From: an uncultured bacterium
GTDB lineage: Bacteria; Chlamydiota; Chlamydiia; Chlamydiales; SM23-39
Assembly: GCA_963716985.1 (NCBI GenBank)
Contig: OY970323.1
Location: 1,536,001 to 1,600,000 of the forward strand
Reading direction: 5' to 3'
Length of the DNA stretch: 64,000 bases
The notes under the pieces were generated by a model. The model had not been told where the DNA came from. It made no database searches and saw only the letters and a list, made by a program, of their open reading frames with translations. This document shows positions 1 to 9,437 of the stretch, in pieces (within the stretch, counting starts at the first letter, position 1; the number at the start of each line of letters is the position of its first letter). A program made the position numbers and the translations under genes.

Positions 1-815
1 TCTAGCTTTTGAGGATCGGAAACAAAAGCTCGAACATCTGCTTTCGCACTCTCCCAATCAATGGAGCGAATTTTTTCATGCAACAACTCAATGAGTCGCT
101 CTCGACTGAACGTTTCTTGTGATCCTAGATTCTTGGCTTGCTTCATACAAGCCTCTAAAGAAGAGATGCAAAGAGGGATGTTGTTATGAATATACCAGAT
201 TAAATCGTACCAATCTCTTCCTTTCACTCGTCCCTTCCATGCGCGATACAAAATAGCATGCATTTTCCCAGCAAAGAGATCGCTTTTATGTAGTGTCAAA
301 ACATAAAAAGGGACGGGATTTAAAACGAGCCTATTCTCAAATCGAAAATGGATCGGAGGATCGATATCGATTTCCAGTTTGATATGGATCTCTTCTCTAG
401 GAGGAAGCTGTTTGGTCTTGGCCTCTTCTCCTAAAGCTATGTAGAGCTGAATGGTATTCATTTTCATGAAAGCAGAAACGATTCCCGTTTCAACACTTTT
501 CATTTTTTGGGTAACTGTCGTTTGAAATCCAAAAGACAATAGCTCCTTTTTCATGCCTTCAAGAAAGGGGGTAAAATCAAAAGAAGGATCCGGTTTGATC
601 AAAGAAAAGTCCAAATCCTCACTGAACCGATCCAGACCGTAAAGGACACGCAGTGCCGTACCTCCATAAAAAGCTGCTTTTTCAAAAAAGCCCTGTCTTT
701 CTAAGCCTAAAAGAGCCGTTTGTTGCAGAACTTCTCTAACTTTTGTCTGCTCTCGTATTTTTGATCTTTCATACCGATCAAGCATGCCCTTGATATTGTC
801 ATTTGCCCGGCTCAT
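1..815 (-). CDS. Type IV TA toxin, AbiEii-family nucleotidyltransferase (3' end runs off window)
   Basis: Not in ORF track. Manual translation from ATG 815 gives MSRANDNIKGMLDRYE...VREVLQQTALLGLERQGFFEKAAFYGGTALRVLYGLDRFSEDLDFS (GGT...RFSEDLDF signature). ATGA overlap with upstream antitoxin. Confidence 0.9.
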   Translation of the reverse strand, partial: MSRANDNIKGMLDRYERSKIREQTKVREVLQQTALLGLERQGFFEKAAFYGGTALRVLYGLDRFSEDLDFSLIKPDPSFDFTPFLEGMKKELLSFGFQTTVTQKMKSVETGIVSAFMKMNTIQLYIALGEEAKTKQLPPREEIHIKLEIDIDPPIHFRFENRLVLNPVPFYVLTLHKSDLFAGKMHAILYRAWKGRVKGRDWYDLIWYIHNNIPLCISSLEACMKQAKNLGSQETFSRERLIELLHEKIRSIDWESAKADVRAFVSDPQKL

Positions 816-1432
816 AACAACCCCAAAACATTTACAAGATTAGCCACCGCTTTTGAGCGATAATTTTCTGCTATTTCCAACAAGTGGTTTTTATCCAAAT
901 TTTTTAGCTGCTCTTTGTCTATCCTTCGCGCTTCCACAAGATCGATCAAAAGATCTTTTTCGCTCAGTTTTTTACTTTTACGATGCACAAGGTCTGCAAG
1001 AGCCTTCTCTGGAGTTGCGATCAAAAATCTCCCAGCGCTGTTTTCCTTCTGATCGATTCCTATGGCATAACGCTGACGGCTCAAATAGGTGTAGTCAAAT
1101 GTTCCAACAGGAGAAGAGACGGTTTGTGATTTACCTACCGATGCACTGGTAACTACATACACACCTTCCGGAATCATTTGATAGTAAGAAAGCGCCCATT
1201 CAAAACTGACATAAGAGGGCCCGTAAAGCAAATTTGCGACTTGTTCGTAAGGCACAGGTTGGTCTTTGATCTTCTCGGCAATCAAAAAGAACCCCTTTTT
1301 TAAGCGGATTAATTCTCCGTTTTTTACCATTCTCGAAATAAAATCATCGGGATTTGTATAGGCCTCAAGAAGTGGTTTGAGATTCTTGCTTTCTATGTAA
1401 GCTGTTGTAGCAAAATTTAATAAAGGATGCAT
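812..1432 (-). CDS. Type IV TA antitoxin, AbiEi family
   Basis: N-terminal wHTH-like LIRLKKGFF, PSYVSFEWALSYY, ATPEKALAD; coupled to AbiEii; ATG 1432 preferred over GTG 1441. Confidence 0.88.
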   Translation of the reverse strand: MHPLLNFATTAYIESKNLKPLLEAYTNPDDFISRMVKNGELIRLKKGFFLIAEKIKDQPVPYEQVANLLYGPSYVSFEWALSYYQMIPEGVYVVTSASVGKSQTVSSPVGTFDYTYLSRQRYAIGIDQKENSAGRFLIATPEKALADLVHRKSKKLSEKDLLIDLVEARRIDKEQLKNLDKNHLLEIAENYRSKAVANLVNVLGLL

Positions 1433-1469
1433 CAAAAACACTTTTTCTTTTTAATTTTTATTTTACCAG

Positions 1470-1540
1470 AACCTCCAATATTTTTGGAGAATTAAGCAAA
1501 AATAGTGCAAATTATTTCCAAAACCTCCAATTTATTAGAT
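1470..1540. promoter_or_regulatory. Candidate AbiEi operator
   Basis: Palindrome CTCCAA-N5-TTGGAG (1473-1489); AACCTCCAAT repeated at 1470 and 1522, upstream of abiEi. Confidence 0.5.
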
Positions 1541-1597
1541 ATTGCAAATCAGTCATTTAAAAGCAGTTAGATTGTAAACAGTTACGATTTTTCTCAG

Positions 1598-2629
1598 ATG
1601 ACTTTAGATTGCCTATTCGGTAAAATGCCCTCTTGTATGAATAGACTTCCCTCGCCCAAAGAGCTCAAACAACTCTATCCTGTAGAAAAAAACGATGAGC
1701 TGTTTCTACAAGAGACAAGAGACAATATTCAAAGGATCCTTCGCGGGGAAAAAAAACAAAAACTCCTCATCGCTGGCCCTTGCTCCATCCATGATGAATC
1801 CTCTACCTTAGAATATGCAGATCGATTTTTAGCGCTCTCGGAAAAGGTAAAAAATTTCTTTTTCGTGCTTCGGTTTTTTATCGAAAAACCAAGAACATCT
1901 CTTGGATGGACAGGCTTTTTGAACGACCCAATGCTCGACGGATCTTGCCGGATAGATCGCGGCCTCATGCTTTCGCGCAAACTCTTAAAAGAGCTTGTGC
2001 AAAAAAAGATTCCTTGCGCAATGGAGTTTTTACACCCCTCTTTCGCACCCTATTTTACCGACCTGGTCTCTTGGGGCGTCATTGGATCGAGAACCAGCTC
2101 CTCGCAAATCCATCGGCAGCTCGCCTCTTCTCTGCCCTTTCCCGTCGGGTTCAAAAACAGCCACTTTGATGCGATCGACATCACCCTGCAAAGCATCCGT
2201 GCAGCAAGATCTTCCCATGTGTTTCCCTCGATCGATGAGGAGGGCAGAATTGTTTCTTGCCGCAGCAAAGGCAATCCCTTTGCCCATGTCGTTCTTCGAG
2301 GCAATCGAGAAGGCCCAAACCATGACGAAAAGAGCATTCATGACCTGCTAAAAAAGAGCGCATCTTTGGGATTTGCCCTTCCGATCATCGTCGATTGCTC
2401 CCATGCAAATTCTTCGAAAAACCTCGAGAGGCAAAAAGAATGTTTCCGACGTGTAGTTTTGCAAAAAAATGAAACGATTTTAGGCTATATGCTCGAAAGC
2501 CATCTTTTTTCCGGCAATCAGAGCCTATCTTCCGGCTCGGCGCAGTATGGCATTTCCGTGACCGATCCCTGCCTCGGCTGGGAGGAGACAAAAGATTTGA
2601 TCCTCGCATGCGCACACTCTATCGCATAA
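1598..2629 (+). CDS. 3-deoxy-7-phosphoheptulonate (DAHP) synthase, class I
   Basis: GPCSIHD, EKPRT, IGSRT, GFKN, HVVLRG, VDCSHANS, YGISVTDPCLGW motifs (aroF/G/H type). Confidence 0.93.
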   Translation: MTLDCLFGKMPSCMNRLPSPKELKQLYPVEKNDELFLQETRDNIQRILRGEKKQKLLIAGPCSIHDESSTLEYADRFLALSEKVKNFFFVLRFFIEKPRTSLGWTGFLNDPMLDGSCRIDRGLMLSRKLLKELVQKKIPCAMEFLHPSFAPYFTDLVSWGVIGSRTSSSQIHRQLASSLPFPVGFKNSHFDAIDITLQSIRAARSSHVFPSIDEEGRIVSCRSKGNPFAHVVLRGNREGPNHDEKSIHDLLKKSASLGFALPIIVDCSHANSSKNLERQKECFRRVVLQKNETILGYMLESHLFSGNQSLSSGSAQYGISVTDPCLGWEETKDLILACAHSIA

Positions 2630-3101
2630 CAGGTTTTTCTTGGTTTTCCTTAGAGGACGGCGTCTCTTCTTCAGGAGCTAGCGTAATGAGCTCCGTCCAG
2701 AACTGGTGCTTCCACGTCTCAAAAAGAGAGCCGTCTTTTCTAAAGACCTGCACGCGATAGGTCAAAATTTTCTTCACGGGATCTTGGGTCGGATTGGGGA
2801 AGAAAAAGCTCACATATCCCCTTCGTCTGTCAATAGGAGCTTCGACCTTTTTCTCTTCGTGATTCCAAAAATGGACCGTGACGAGGATATGGTCCATTTC
2901 GCTAAGGAAAAGAGGGCGAGAGAAATCCCAATTCACAATGATTTTTTGGCCCACCGGGGGGTTCTGTCTTCTTGGATCGGGACTGCCGACAAAATAACTG
3001 GCCAGATCCTTTTCATCCACCCATTCTTGCTGTACATAGAGATGATTTTTATAACAGGAGGAAAAAAGCAGGGCCAAACAAAGCAAAAGAAGACTTTTCA
3101 C
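2619..3101 (-). CDS. Putative lipoprotein, resembles chlamydial conserved hypothetical
   Basis: GTG 3101, signal peptide with lipobox LFSSC, PDPR..P..GQ segment. Confidence 0.6.
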   Translation of the reverse strand: MKSLLLLCLALLFSSCYKNHLYVQQEWVDEKDLASYFVGSPDPRRQNPPVGQKIIVNWDFSRPLFLSEMDHILVTVHFWNHEEKKVEAPIDRRRGYVSFFFPNPTQDPVKKILTYRVQVFRKDGSLFETWKHQFWTELITLAPEEETPSSKENQEKPVMR

Positions 3102-3169
3102 GGAGTCGAATCCTATGCTACAATCACTTTCAAACGTTAGCATGCGATGGGTCTTAAGATCAAATTTTT

Positions 3170-3679
3170 ATGGGAAAAAAGAAAGAAAAAAGCGTCGCTG
3201 TTGCCATCTTTTCTCAGGATCGGAAAAAAGTGCTCCTCATCAAGAGAAGAGATATTCCCGTCTGGGTGCTGCCGGGAGGCGGCATCGAAGAGAAAGAGAC
3301 GCCCGAAGAGTCGGCCCTTCGAGAGCTTGAAGAGGAAACGGGATTCCAAGCAAACATCGTTCGGCTCGTTGGAGAATATTTGCCGATCAATCGTCTCTCT
3401 CGACACACCTATCTCTTTGAATGTTCGATCACGGGAGGACATGCCTGCATAGGAAAGGAGACGAAAGAGATTGCGTTTTATTCCATCGAACATCTTCCAA
3501 AACTCCTGCCGCCCCCCTATCAGGAATGGATTTTTGATGCGCATTTTCCCGCAACAGACAGCTTCAAAAAAGAGCTCAAAAGCATCAATTACAAAACATT
3601 TTTCAAAAATTTGGCCCTTCACCCGCTTCTTGTTTTGCGGTTTGTCTTAAACCGATGCCATATGCACATCAACGATTAA
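3170..3679 (+). CDS. NUDIX hydrolase
   Basis: Nudix box GGGIEEKETPEESALRELEEETG. Confidence 0.9.
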   Translation: MGKKKEKSVAVAIFSQDRKKVLLIKRRDIPVWVLPGGGIEEKETPEESALRELEEETGFQANIVRLVGEYLPINRLSRHTYLFECSITGGHACIGKETKEIAFYSIEHLPKLLPPPYQEWIFDAHFPATDSFKKELKSINYKTFFKNLALHPLLVLRFVLNRCHMHIND

Positions 3680-4155
3680 GAAATATCCGTCAAAAGCGCC
3701 TGCAGATCAAATTCGTGCTGAATCTCTTCTTCGAGTATGTCCAAAATCATCTGATAGGTAATGGGATCCTTGTCCTTGACCTTTTTCAAAAGCTCATTAT
3801 AAGTGACAATCGCACACTGCTCGCCCTTAATGTTCTGCTGCAAGATCTTTTTTACATCGGACGAGAGCGGGGCCTCATAGCCGCAATTGGTTTTTTTGTA
3901 CCAATCTTCGGGCTTGAGAATCGGCTTTCCCTGCAGCTTGACGATCCTCTCTGCGATCTTAGTCGCGTGCTTGAGCTCTTCCTTGGCATGTTCTTCCAAT
4001 TCAGCAGCAACCAAACGACTTTCGGCTCCTTGCACCACTTTTGCACCAATCCAATATTGATAATAGGCCAGCCACTCATCAGCCAGAGCTGCATTCAAAA
4101 GCTCCACGAGCTTCTTCACGTCCATGTCAACAATCTCTACTCCTAAGCTCTTCAT
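3676..4155 (-). CDS. Ferritin-like Dps-like (DpsL) protein
   Basis: ADEWLAYYQYW, EELKHA, EQCAI, EEIQHE di-iron motifs and two Cys typical of DpsL; ATG 4155. Confidence 0.85.
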   Translation of the reverse strand: MKSLGVEIVDMDVKKLVELLNAALADEWLAYYQYWIGAKVVQGAESRLVAAELEEHAKEELKHATKIAERIVKLQGKPILKPEDWYKKTNCGYEAPLSSDVKKILQQNIKGEQCAIVTYNELLKKVKDKDPITYQMILDILEEEIQHEFDLQALLTDIS

Positions 4156-4351
4156 AAAAAACACCCCTTTTTTCAAATTTCTATTTTATCGAAACGAAGC
4201 AACGAACTCAAGATCTGTTGTCTCTCTTACAATTTTTGGACCTTAAAAAAAACAAAAAATCGAAGAAGATTTTTTTTTCTTCTTAAACCAGAAGATGATA
4301 AGATAGGTCTTTCCCAAACAGGTAAAATTTTTTCTAGATATAAATCCACAA

Positions 4352-4400
4352 ATCCAATATCTAGTATCTTAAAAGAGAATTGGGATACTAGATGTTGTGC
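4352..4400 (+). promoter_or_regulatory. Tandem NrdR boxes
   Basis: ATCCAATATCTAGTAT (4352-4367) and ATACTAGATGTTGTGC (4385-4400) fit acaCwAtATaTwGtg, 33 bp apart, upstream of nrdD. Confidence 0.8.
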
Positions 4401-4487
4401 CATCCCTCTTATATAAGGACCTGCAGATCCTTGCATAAAAGAGACTCTGCAGGCCAGTGATAACATAAAAAATCGAGGAGTCTTTCT

Positions 4488-6662
4488 ATGAAAAATAAGC
4501 CAAAAGCCGCTCACAAAAAAAATCATGCCTCCCAAGGTTCAGAATTGAAACAGATCCGCAAGCGCACAGGAGAAATCCTGCCCTTTGATGCCCACAAGAT
4601 CACGCTTGCGATCGCAAAAGCCGGAAAAGAAGCGGGAGAGCTGGATGAAAAAGTCGCAAAGACTCTCACAATCAAAGCACTACAACTAATAGAGAAAATA
4701 TCAGCCGAAAACATTCCCACTGTGGAAGAAGTTCAGGATTGCGTCGAAGAAACCCTTTTGAACTCTGCCTACAAAAAAACGGCCAAGGCCTACATCATCT
4801 ATCGAGAGCAGCATGCGAAGATTCGAGAAATTGCCTCCCAGGCAGGAGTCGACCTCATTGATCAATACCTCAACAAACTCGACTGGCAGGTCAAAGAAAA
4901 CAGCAACATGTCCTACTCTCTGCAAGGGCTGCACAACTATGTGGCCTCGGAAACAAGCAAGCTTTATTGGCTCAACAAAATCTATCCCTCCCCTATCAAA
5001 AAAGCCCATATCGAAGGCGCCTTTCACATTCATGATTTAGGGGTTCTTTCCTCCTATTGCGTCGGCTGGGACTTAAAAGATCTTTTGTCGGTCGGCTTCC
5101 AGGGAGTTTCAGGAAAAATACAGAGCAAACCGCCCAAGCATTTGCGCAGCGCTCTTGGCCAAATCGTCAACTTTTTCTACACCCTTCAAGGAGAAGCTGC
5201 GGGAGCACAGGCCTTTTCCAATTTCGACACGCTTCTCGCCCCCTTCATTCGCTATGATAAACTGAACTATGAGCAGGTCAAACAGGCCATGCAAGAGTTC
5301 CTCTTCAATATCAACATTCCCACGCGCGTTGGCTTTCAAACGCCGTTCACCAACATCACGATGGACCTAAAACCCTCTTCCCTCTATGCACAAACTCCCG
5401 TCATCATCGGCGGCGAGATGCAAAAAGAAACCTATGGAGAGTTTCAAGCAGAAATGAACCTCCTCAACCAGGCCTTTTTAGAAGTCATGATGGAGGGAGA
5501 TGCCAAGGGGCGCGTCTTCACCTTCCCCATTCCCACCTACAACATTACAAAAGATTTTGATTGGGAAAATCCAGAGCGCGATCTTCTCTGGAAAGTCACG
5601 GGAAAATATGGCATTCCCTATTTTGCGAATTTCGTAAACTCTGATATGAAGCCGGAAGATACGCGCTCGATGTGCTGCAGGCTCCGGCTCGATCTCTCCC
5701 AGCTCTCCATGCGGGGCGGCGGACTTTTTGGCTCCAATCCCCTCACGGGCTCTATCGGCGTTGTGACCATCAATCTTCCCAGGATCGGATATCTCTCCAG
5801 CAATAAAGAGGAGTTCTTCTCTCGCCTGGGCGATCTTGCAGACATTGCCAAACAAAGTCTCGAGATCAAACGAAAAGTTCTCGAACAGCTCACGGAAACG
5901 AGCCTCTATCCTTACTCAAAATTCTATTTGCGCGCAGTGAAAGAACGCTCGGGCTGCTACTGGAAAAACCATTTTTCCACCATCGGCCTTGTCGGCATGA
6001 ACGAAGCCTGTTTAAATCTTCTTAAAACATCCATTGCCACAGAAGAGGGCAAGGCGTTTGCCGTTGAAGTTCTCGACTTCTTGAGAAACAAGCTCGCCGA
6101 TTTTCAAAAAGAGACGGAAAACTATTACAACTTGGAAGCAACTCCGGCAGAAGGAACGAGCTTTCGCTTGGCGCTCATCGACAAAAAACGCTATCCCGAT
6201 ATCCTCGTGGCCAACGAATCCATGGTCAAAAATGGCGCCGAGCCCTTCTATACCAACTCCACCAACCTTCCCGTCAATCATACCGACGATCTGTTCGAAG
6301 CGCTCAACCACCAAGACGATCTGCAAAAACGCTACACGGGAGGCACCGTTCTTCATGCCTATCTCAACGAGCGCATCGATAACGTGTCTGTGGTCAAAAA
6401 TCTCATTCGAAAAGTCTTCGAAAGCAAATCGCTTCCCTACCTATCTCTGACTCCCACATTCAGCGTTTGCAGCTCTCATGGCTATCTGAACGGAGAACAG
6501 CATTCTTGCCCGCACTGCGGCACCAAATGCGAGATCTATTCGCGAGTGGTCGGCTATTTGCGTCCCGTAGAACAATGGAATGCAGGCAAGCAATCGGAAT
6601 TTGCCATCAAGAAAAACTATAGCATCCCACACAGTGGCCTTTTGCCACAAAACCCTGAATAA
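4488..6662 (+). CDS. nrdD: Anaerobic (class III) ribonucleoside-triphosphate reductase with ATP cone
   Basis: N-terminal ATP cone, HIHDL, SMCCRL, EATPAEG, CxxH/CxxC zinc site, glycyl-radical loop YSRVVGYLRPV. Confidence 0.96.
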   Translation: MKNKPKAAHKKNHASQGSELKQIRKRTGEILPFDAHKITLAIAKAGKEAGELDEKVAKTLTIKALQLIEKISAENIPTVEEVQDCVEETLLNSAYKKTAKAYIIYREQHAKIREIASQAGVDLIDQYLNKLDWQVKENSNMSYSLQGLHNYVASETSKLYWLNKIYPSPIKKAHIEGAFHIHDLGVLSSYCVGWDLKDLLSVGFQGVSGKIQSKPPKHLRSALGQIVNFFYTLQGEAAGAQAFSNFDTLLAPFIRYDKLNYEQVKQAMQEFLFNINIPTRVGFQTPFTNITMDLKPSSLYAQTPVIIGGEMQKETYGEFQAEMNLLNQAFLEVMMEGDAKGRVFTFPIPTYNITKDFDWENPERDLLWKVTGKYGIPYFANFVNSDMKPEDTRSMCCRLRLDLSQLSMRGGGLFGSNPLTGSIGVVTINLPRIGYLSSNKEEFFSRLGDLADIAKQSLEIKRKVLEQLTETSLYPYSKFYLRAVKERSGCYWKNHFSTIGLVGMNEACLNLLKTSIATEEGKAFAVEVLDFLRNKLADFQKETENYYNLEATPAEGTSFRLALIDKKRYPDILVANESMVKNGAEPFYTNSTNLPVNHTDDLFEALNHQDDLQKRYTGGTVLHAYLNERIDNVSVVKNLIRKVFESKSLPYLSLTPTFSVCSSHGYLNGEQHSCPHCGTKCEIYSRVVGYLRPVEQWNAGKQSEFAIKKNYSIPHSGLLPQNPE

Positions 6663-6663
6663 T

Positions 6664-7356
6664 ATGATGAGAATCGGAGCCATTCAGCGTCTTTCATTGA
6701 TTGACTATCCTGGGAAAATCGCAGCCGTGCTTTTTTCCCAGGGCTGCCCCTTCTCTTGCCCCTTTTGCCACAATCCCCATCTCGTCGACTCGAAGCAGTT
6801 CACAAAACCCATCTCCTTGAACGAAGTGAAAAGCTTTCTTTGTTCTAGAAGAAATGAGATTGAAGCGATCGTTTTTTCGGGAGGAGAGCCAACGATCCAC
6901 CTAACTCTTCCTCTCTTGATCCAAGAGGTCAAAGAAATGGGCTTTCTCACCAAATTAGATACGGCAGGGACAAATCCTGAAATGATCGAATCGCTCTTAA
7001 AAAACGATCTTCTCGATTACATTGCCATGGACATCAAAGGTCCGCTTGCCCGCTATGCAGAAATAACAAGAACAGCCTTTCCCTCCGATCACATCGAAAA
7101 AAGCATACGGCTGATTGTAGAGTCGCACATCCCTTATGAATTTCGCTCCACTATCCTTCCATCGCTTCATCAAAAAGAGGATATTCTTGCCATGGCACAA
7201 ATGATATCCCATGCCCGTCTCTATGTGCTCCAAACATTTCGTAATCATGCCACACTCTCTTCCCACTTGAAAAACGCGGCAAGTTTTTCTGAAGAAGATC
7301 TGCTCTTGCTTCAAAAGATGATCTCTCCCTTTGTCCAAGAATGCTACATTCGATAA
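6664..7356 (+). CDS. nrdG: Class III RNR activating radical SAM enzyme
   Basis: SLIDYPG, GCPFSCPFCHN, FSGGEPT; ATG 1 nt after nrdD stop. Confidence 0.93.
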   Translation: MMRIGAIQRLSLIDYPGKIAAVLFSQGCPFSCPFCHNPHLVDSKQFTKPISLNEVKSFLCSRRNEIEAIVFSGGEPTIHLTLPLLIQEVKEMGFLTKLDTAGTNPEMIESLLKNDLLDYIAMDIKGPLARYAEITRTAFPSDHIEKSIRLIVESHIPYEFRSTILPSLHQKEDILAMAQMISHARLYVLQTFRNHATLSSHLKNAASFSEEDLLLLQKMISPFVQECYIR

Positions 7357-7868
7357 AGATAGATCCTCGTTCTTCCAAGATCTTTTGCCTCAATCATTCG
7401 GATGGGAGTCCATCCGCGAAAAGCAAAGGTATGGCTCAAAACATAAGATCCCTTCGGAAGTTCGGCCGTCAGCTTTTCTTTGAGCTTTTCCATAGCCTTT
7501 GGAAAAAGATAGCAAGTCACAAGGCCCGCTTTTGCGAAAGATATCTCAAAAAAATCTTTTCTTTGGATGGACAAGTTCTCTCTTTGCGCCGCTTTTTTCC
7601 AAAGAAGAGACCAAAGATAGGGAACATATGAGAGCTCATAGGCAAAAACTCGGCTCGATGAAAATTTTTTAGAAAGAAAGATGGCCAGATGGCCAAAGCC
7701 GCTTCCCAACTCAAAAATTGTCCCCTCGAATGAAGGGGGCAAAAAAGAGAGCAGCTCTTTTCGCACGCTTCCGGATGTCGGCATGGGGGATATCCCCACC
7801 CGCAAAGTGGTCCAAATAATGGAAAGAGCAGATATCCACAAGACAAGTAGGAAGAAAAAGCAAACCAT
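7344..7868 (-). CDS. Membrane-anchored class I SAM-dependent methyltransferase
   Basis: N-terminal TM, ISPMPTS, ELGSGFG, YLFP motif. Confidence 0.8.
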   Translation of the reverse strand: MVCFFFLLVLWISALSIIWTTLRVGISPMPTSGSVRKELLSFLPPSFEGTIFELGSGFGHLAIFLSKKFSSSRVFAYELSYVPYLWSLLWKKAAQRENLSIQRKDFFEISFAKAGLVTCYLFPKAMEKLKEKLTAELPKGSYVLSHTFAFRGWTPIRMIEAKDLGRTRIYLYRM

Positions 7869-7971
7869 TGTGTTAAAAATTGTTTTGATCCTTTCCCTTT
7901 TTTGAAGGGGCTCTTTCCTTTAAAAAATAGAGGCTCTTTGAGATAATATCCGCAAAAACACAAATTTTTCT

Positions 7972-9204
7972 ATGAATAAAAAGATCGCGGAGGTTTCTGC
8001 GCCCGCGGGATCATTTGCCTCTCTGCAAGCTGCCATTCAGGCAAGGGCCGATAGCATTTATTTCGGCGTCCACCCCTTGAACATGAGAGCGGGCGCTACG
8101 GATTCTTTTACCTTAAATGACATCGCAAAAATCGCCACGATCTGCCAAAGGGAAGGAATCAAAACCTATCTGGTGCTCAACACCATTCTCTACGATGAAG
8201 ACCTCCGTCTGATGCAGCAAATTTGCAAAAAGGCCAAAGAATCCGACATCTCTGCAATCATCGCCTCGGATATGGCAGCCGTCAGTTATGCAAGATCGCT
8301 CGACCTCTCTGTCCACGCATCCACCCAGCTCAACGTCAGCAATAGAGAATCCCTTCGTTTTTTCGCACAGTTTGTCGATGCATGTATTCTGGCAAGAGAG
8401 CTCACGCTTTCTCAGATCGCTTCGATCTGCCACACGATCGAAAAGGAAAAGATTTGCGGCCCCTCCGGAAAACTTTTACAAATCGAGCTCTTTGCTCATG
8501 GCGCTCTTTGCGTGGCAATTGCCGGCAAATGTTATATGAGCCTTGCGCAGTACAACACCTCCGCCAATCGGGGCGACTGTTTGCAAGCCTGCCGGCGCAA
8601 ATATCGCATAGCAGACGAGGATACGGGACAAGAGCTTCTCATCGATAACCAATACGTTCTGTCTCCCAAAGATCTCTCGACCATCGACATTGTAGACAAA
8701 ATCATCCAAGCAGGCGTTTCGATCCTTAAGATCGAGGGAAGAGGAAGAAGCGCCGAGTATGTCTTCACGGTCGTCAAAACCTACAAAGAAGCTCTCCAAA
8801 GCGTCCAAGAGAAAACATTCGGAGAAGAAAAGCGCCTCCTCTGGAAAGAAGAGCTCAAAAAAGTCTACCATCGGGGTTTTTGGGAAAACGGCTATTATCT
8901 TGGCCATCAACTCGGCGCATGGAGCGCCTCTGCCGGCTCGCAATCGACGGAAAAAAAGATTTTTGTCGGGACCGTCGATCACTACTTTGGAAAATCAAAA
9001 ATTGCCGAAGCTCTGATCGAGCGGGATTCGTTAAAAGAAAACGACACCATTCTCATCATGGGGAATACCACCGGAGCTCTCAGGGCTTCCATTGCAAGCC
9101 TCTACTTTCACTCGCCCAAAGAAGAACAAAAGGTGCGCGTCACCTTTCCCCTCGCAACAAAGGTAAGGAAAAATGACCAGATCTATCTTTTGCAAAAGCG
9201 ATAA
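7972..9204 (+). CDS. Peptidase U32 family Fe-S hydroxylase (TrhP/PrtC-like)
   Basis: APAGS, HASTQ, LAREL, HGALCVAIAGKCYMS..NRGDCLQACR (4 Cys), LSPKDL, KIEGR; C-terminal beta-rich extension. Confidence 0.92.
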   Translation: MNKKIAEVSAPAGSFASLQAAIQARADSIYFGVHPLNMRAGATDSFTLNDIAKIATICQREGIKTYLVLNTILYDEDLRLMQQICKKAKESDISAIIASDMAAVSYARSLDLSVHASTQLNVSNRESLRFFAQFVDACILARELTLSQIASICHTIEKEKICGPSGKLLQIELFAHGALCVAIAGKCYMSLAQYNTSANRGDCLQACRRKYRIADEDTGQELLIDNQYVLSPKDLSTIDIVDKIIQAGVSILKIEGRGRSAEYVFTVVKTYKEALQSVQEKTFGEEKRLLWKEELKKVYHRGFWENGYYLGHQLGAWSASAGSQSTEKKIFVGTVDHYFGKSKIAEALIERDSLKENDTILIMGNTTGALRASIASLYFHSPKEEQKVRVTFPLATKVRKNDQIYLLQKR

Positions 9205-9427
9205 AAAAGCCATTCGAAAAAAGATCGACCTTTTGGACGGCAAGATCATCGCGCTTCTGGAAAAACGCTTTTTTCTTGTTTGCCATCTCAAAGATCTCAA
9301 GAAAAAGATGACGGACAGGGAAAGAGAAAATGAGATCCTTGCAACAATCAATTGCCCGTTCATTCAAGAAGTCTATCGCACGATCTTCACATGCTCCAAA
9401 AAAATGCTCAAGAAAATGAGGGGTTAA
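9173..9427 (+). CDS. Monofunctional chorismate mutase (AroQ/CM type II)
   Basis: IRKKIDLLDGKIIALLEKR...DRERENEIL pattern; RBS AAGGA before ATG; overlaps U32 gene by 32 nt. Confidence 0.75.
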   Translation: MTRSIFCKSDKKAIRKKIDLLDGKIIALLEKRFFLVCHLKDLKKKMTDRERENEILATINCPFIQEVYRTIFTCSKKMLKKMRG

Positions 9428-9437
9428 AAAATCTAAG

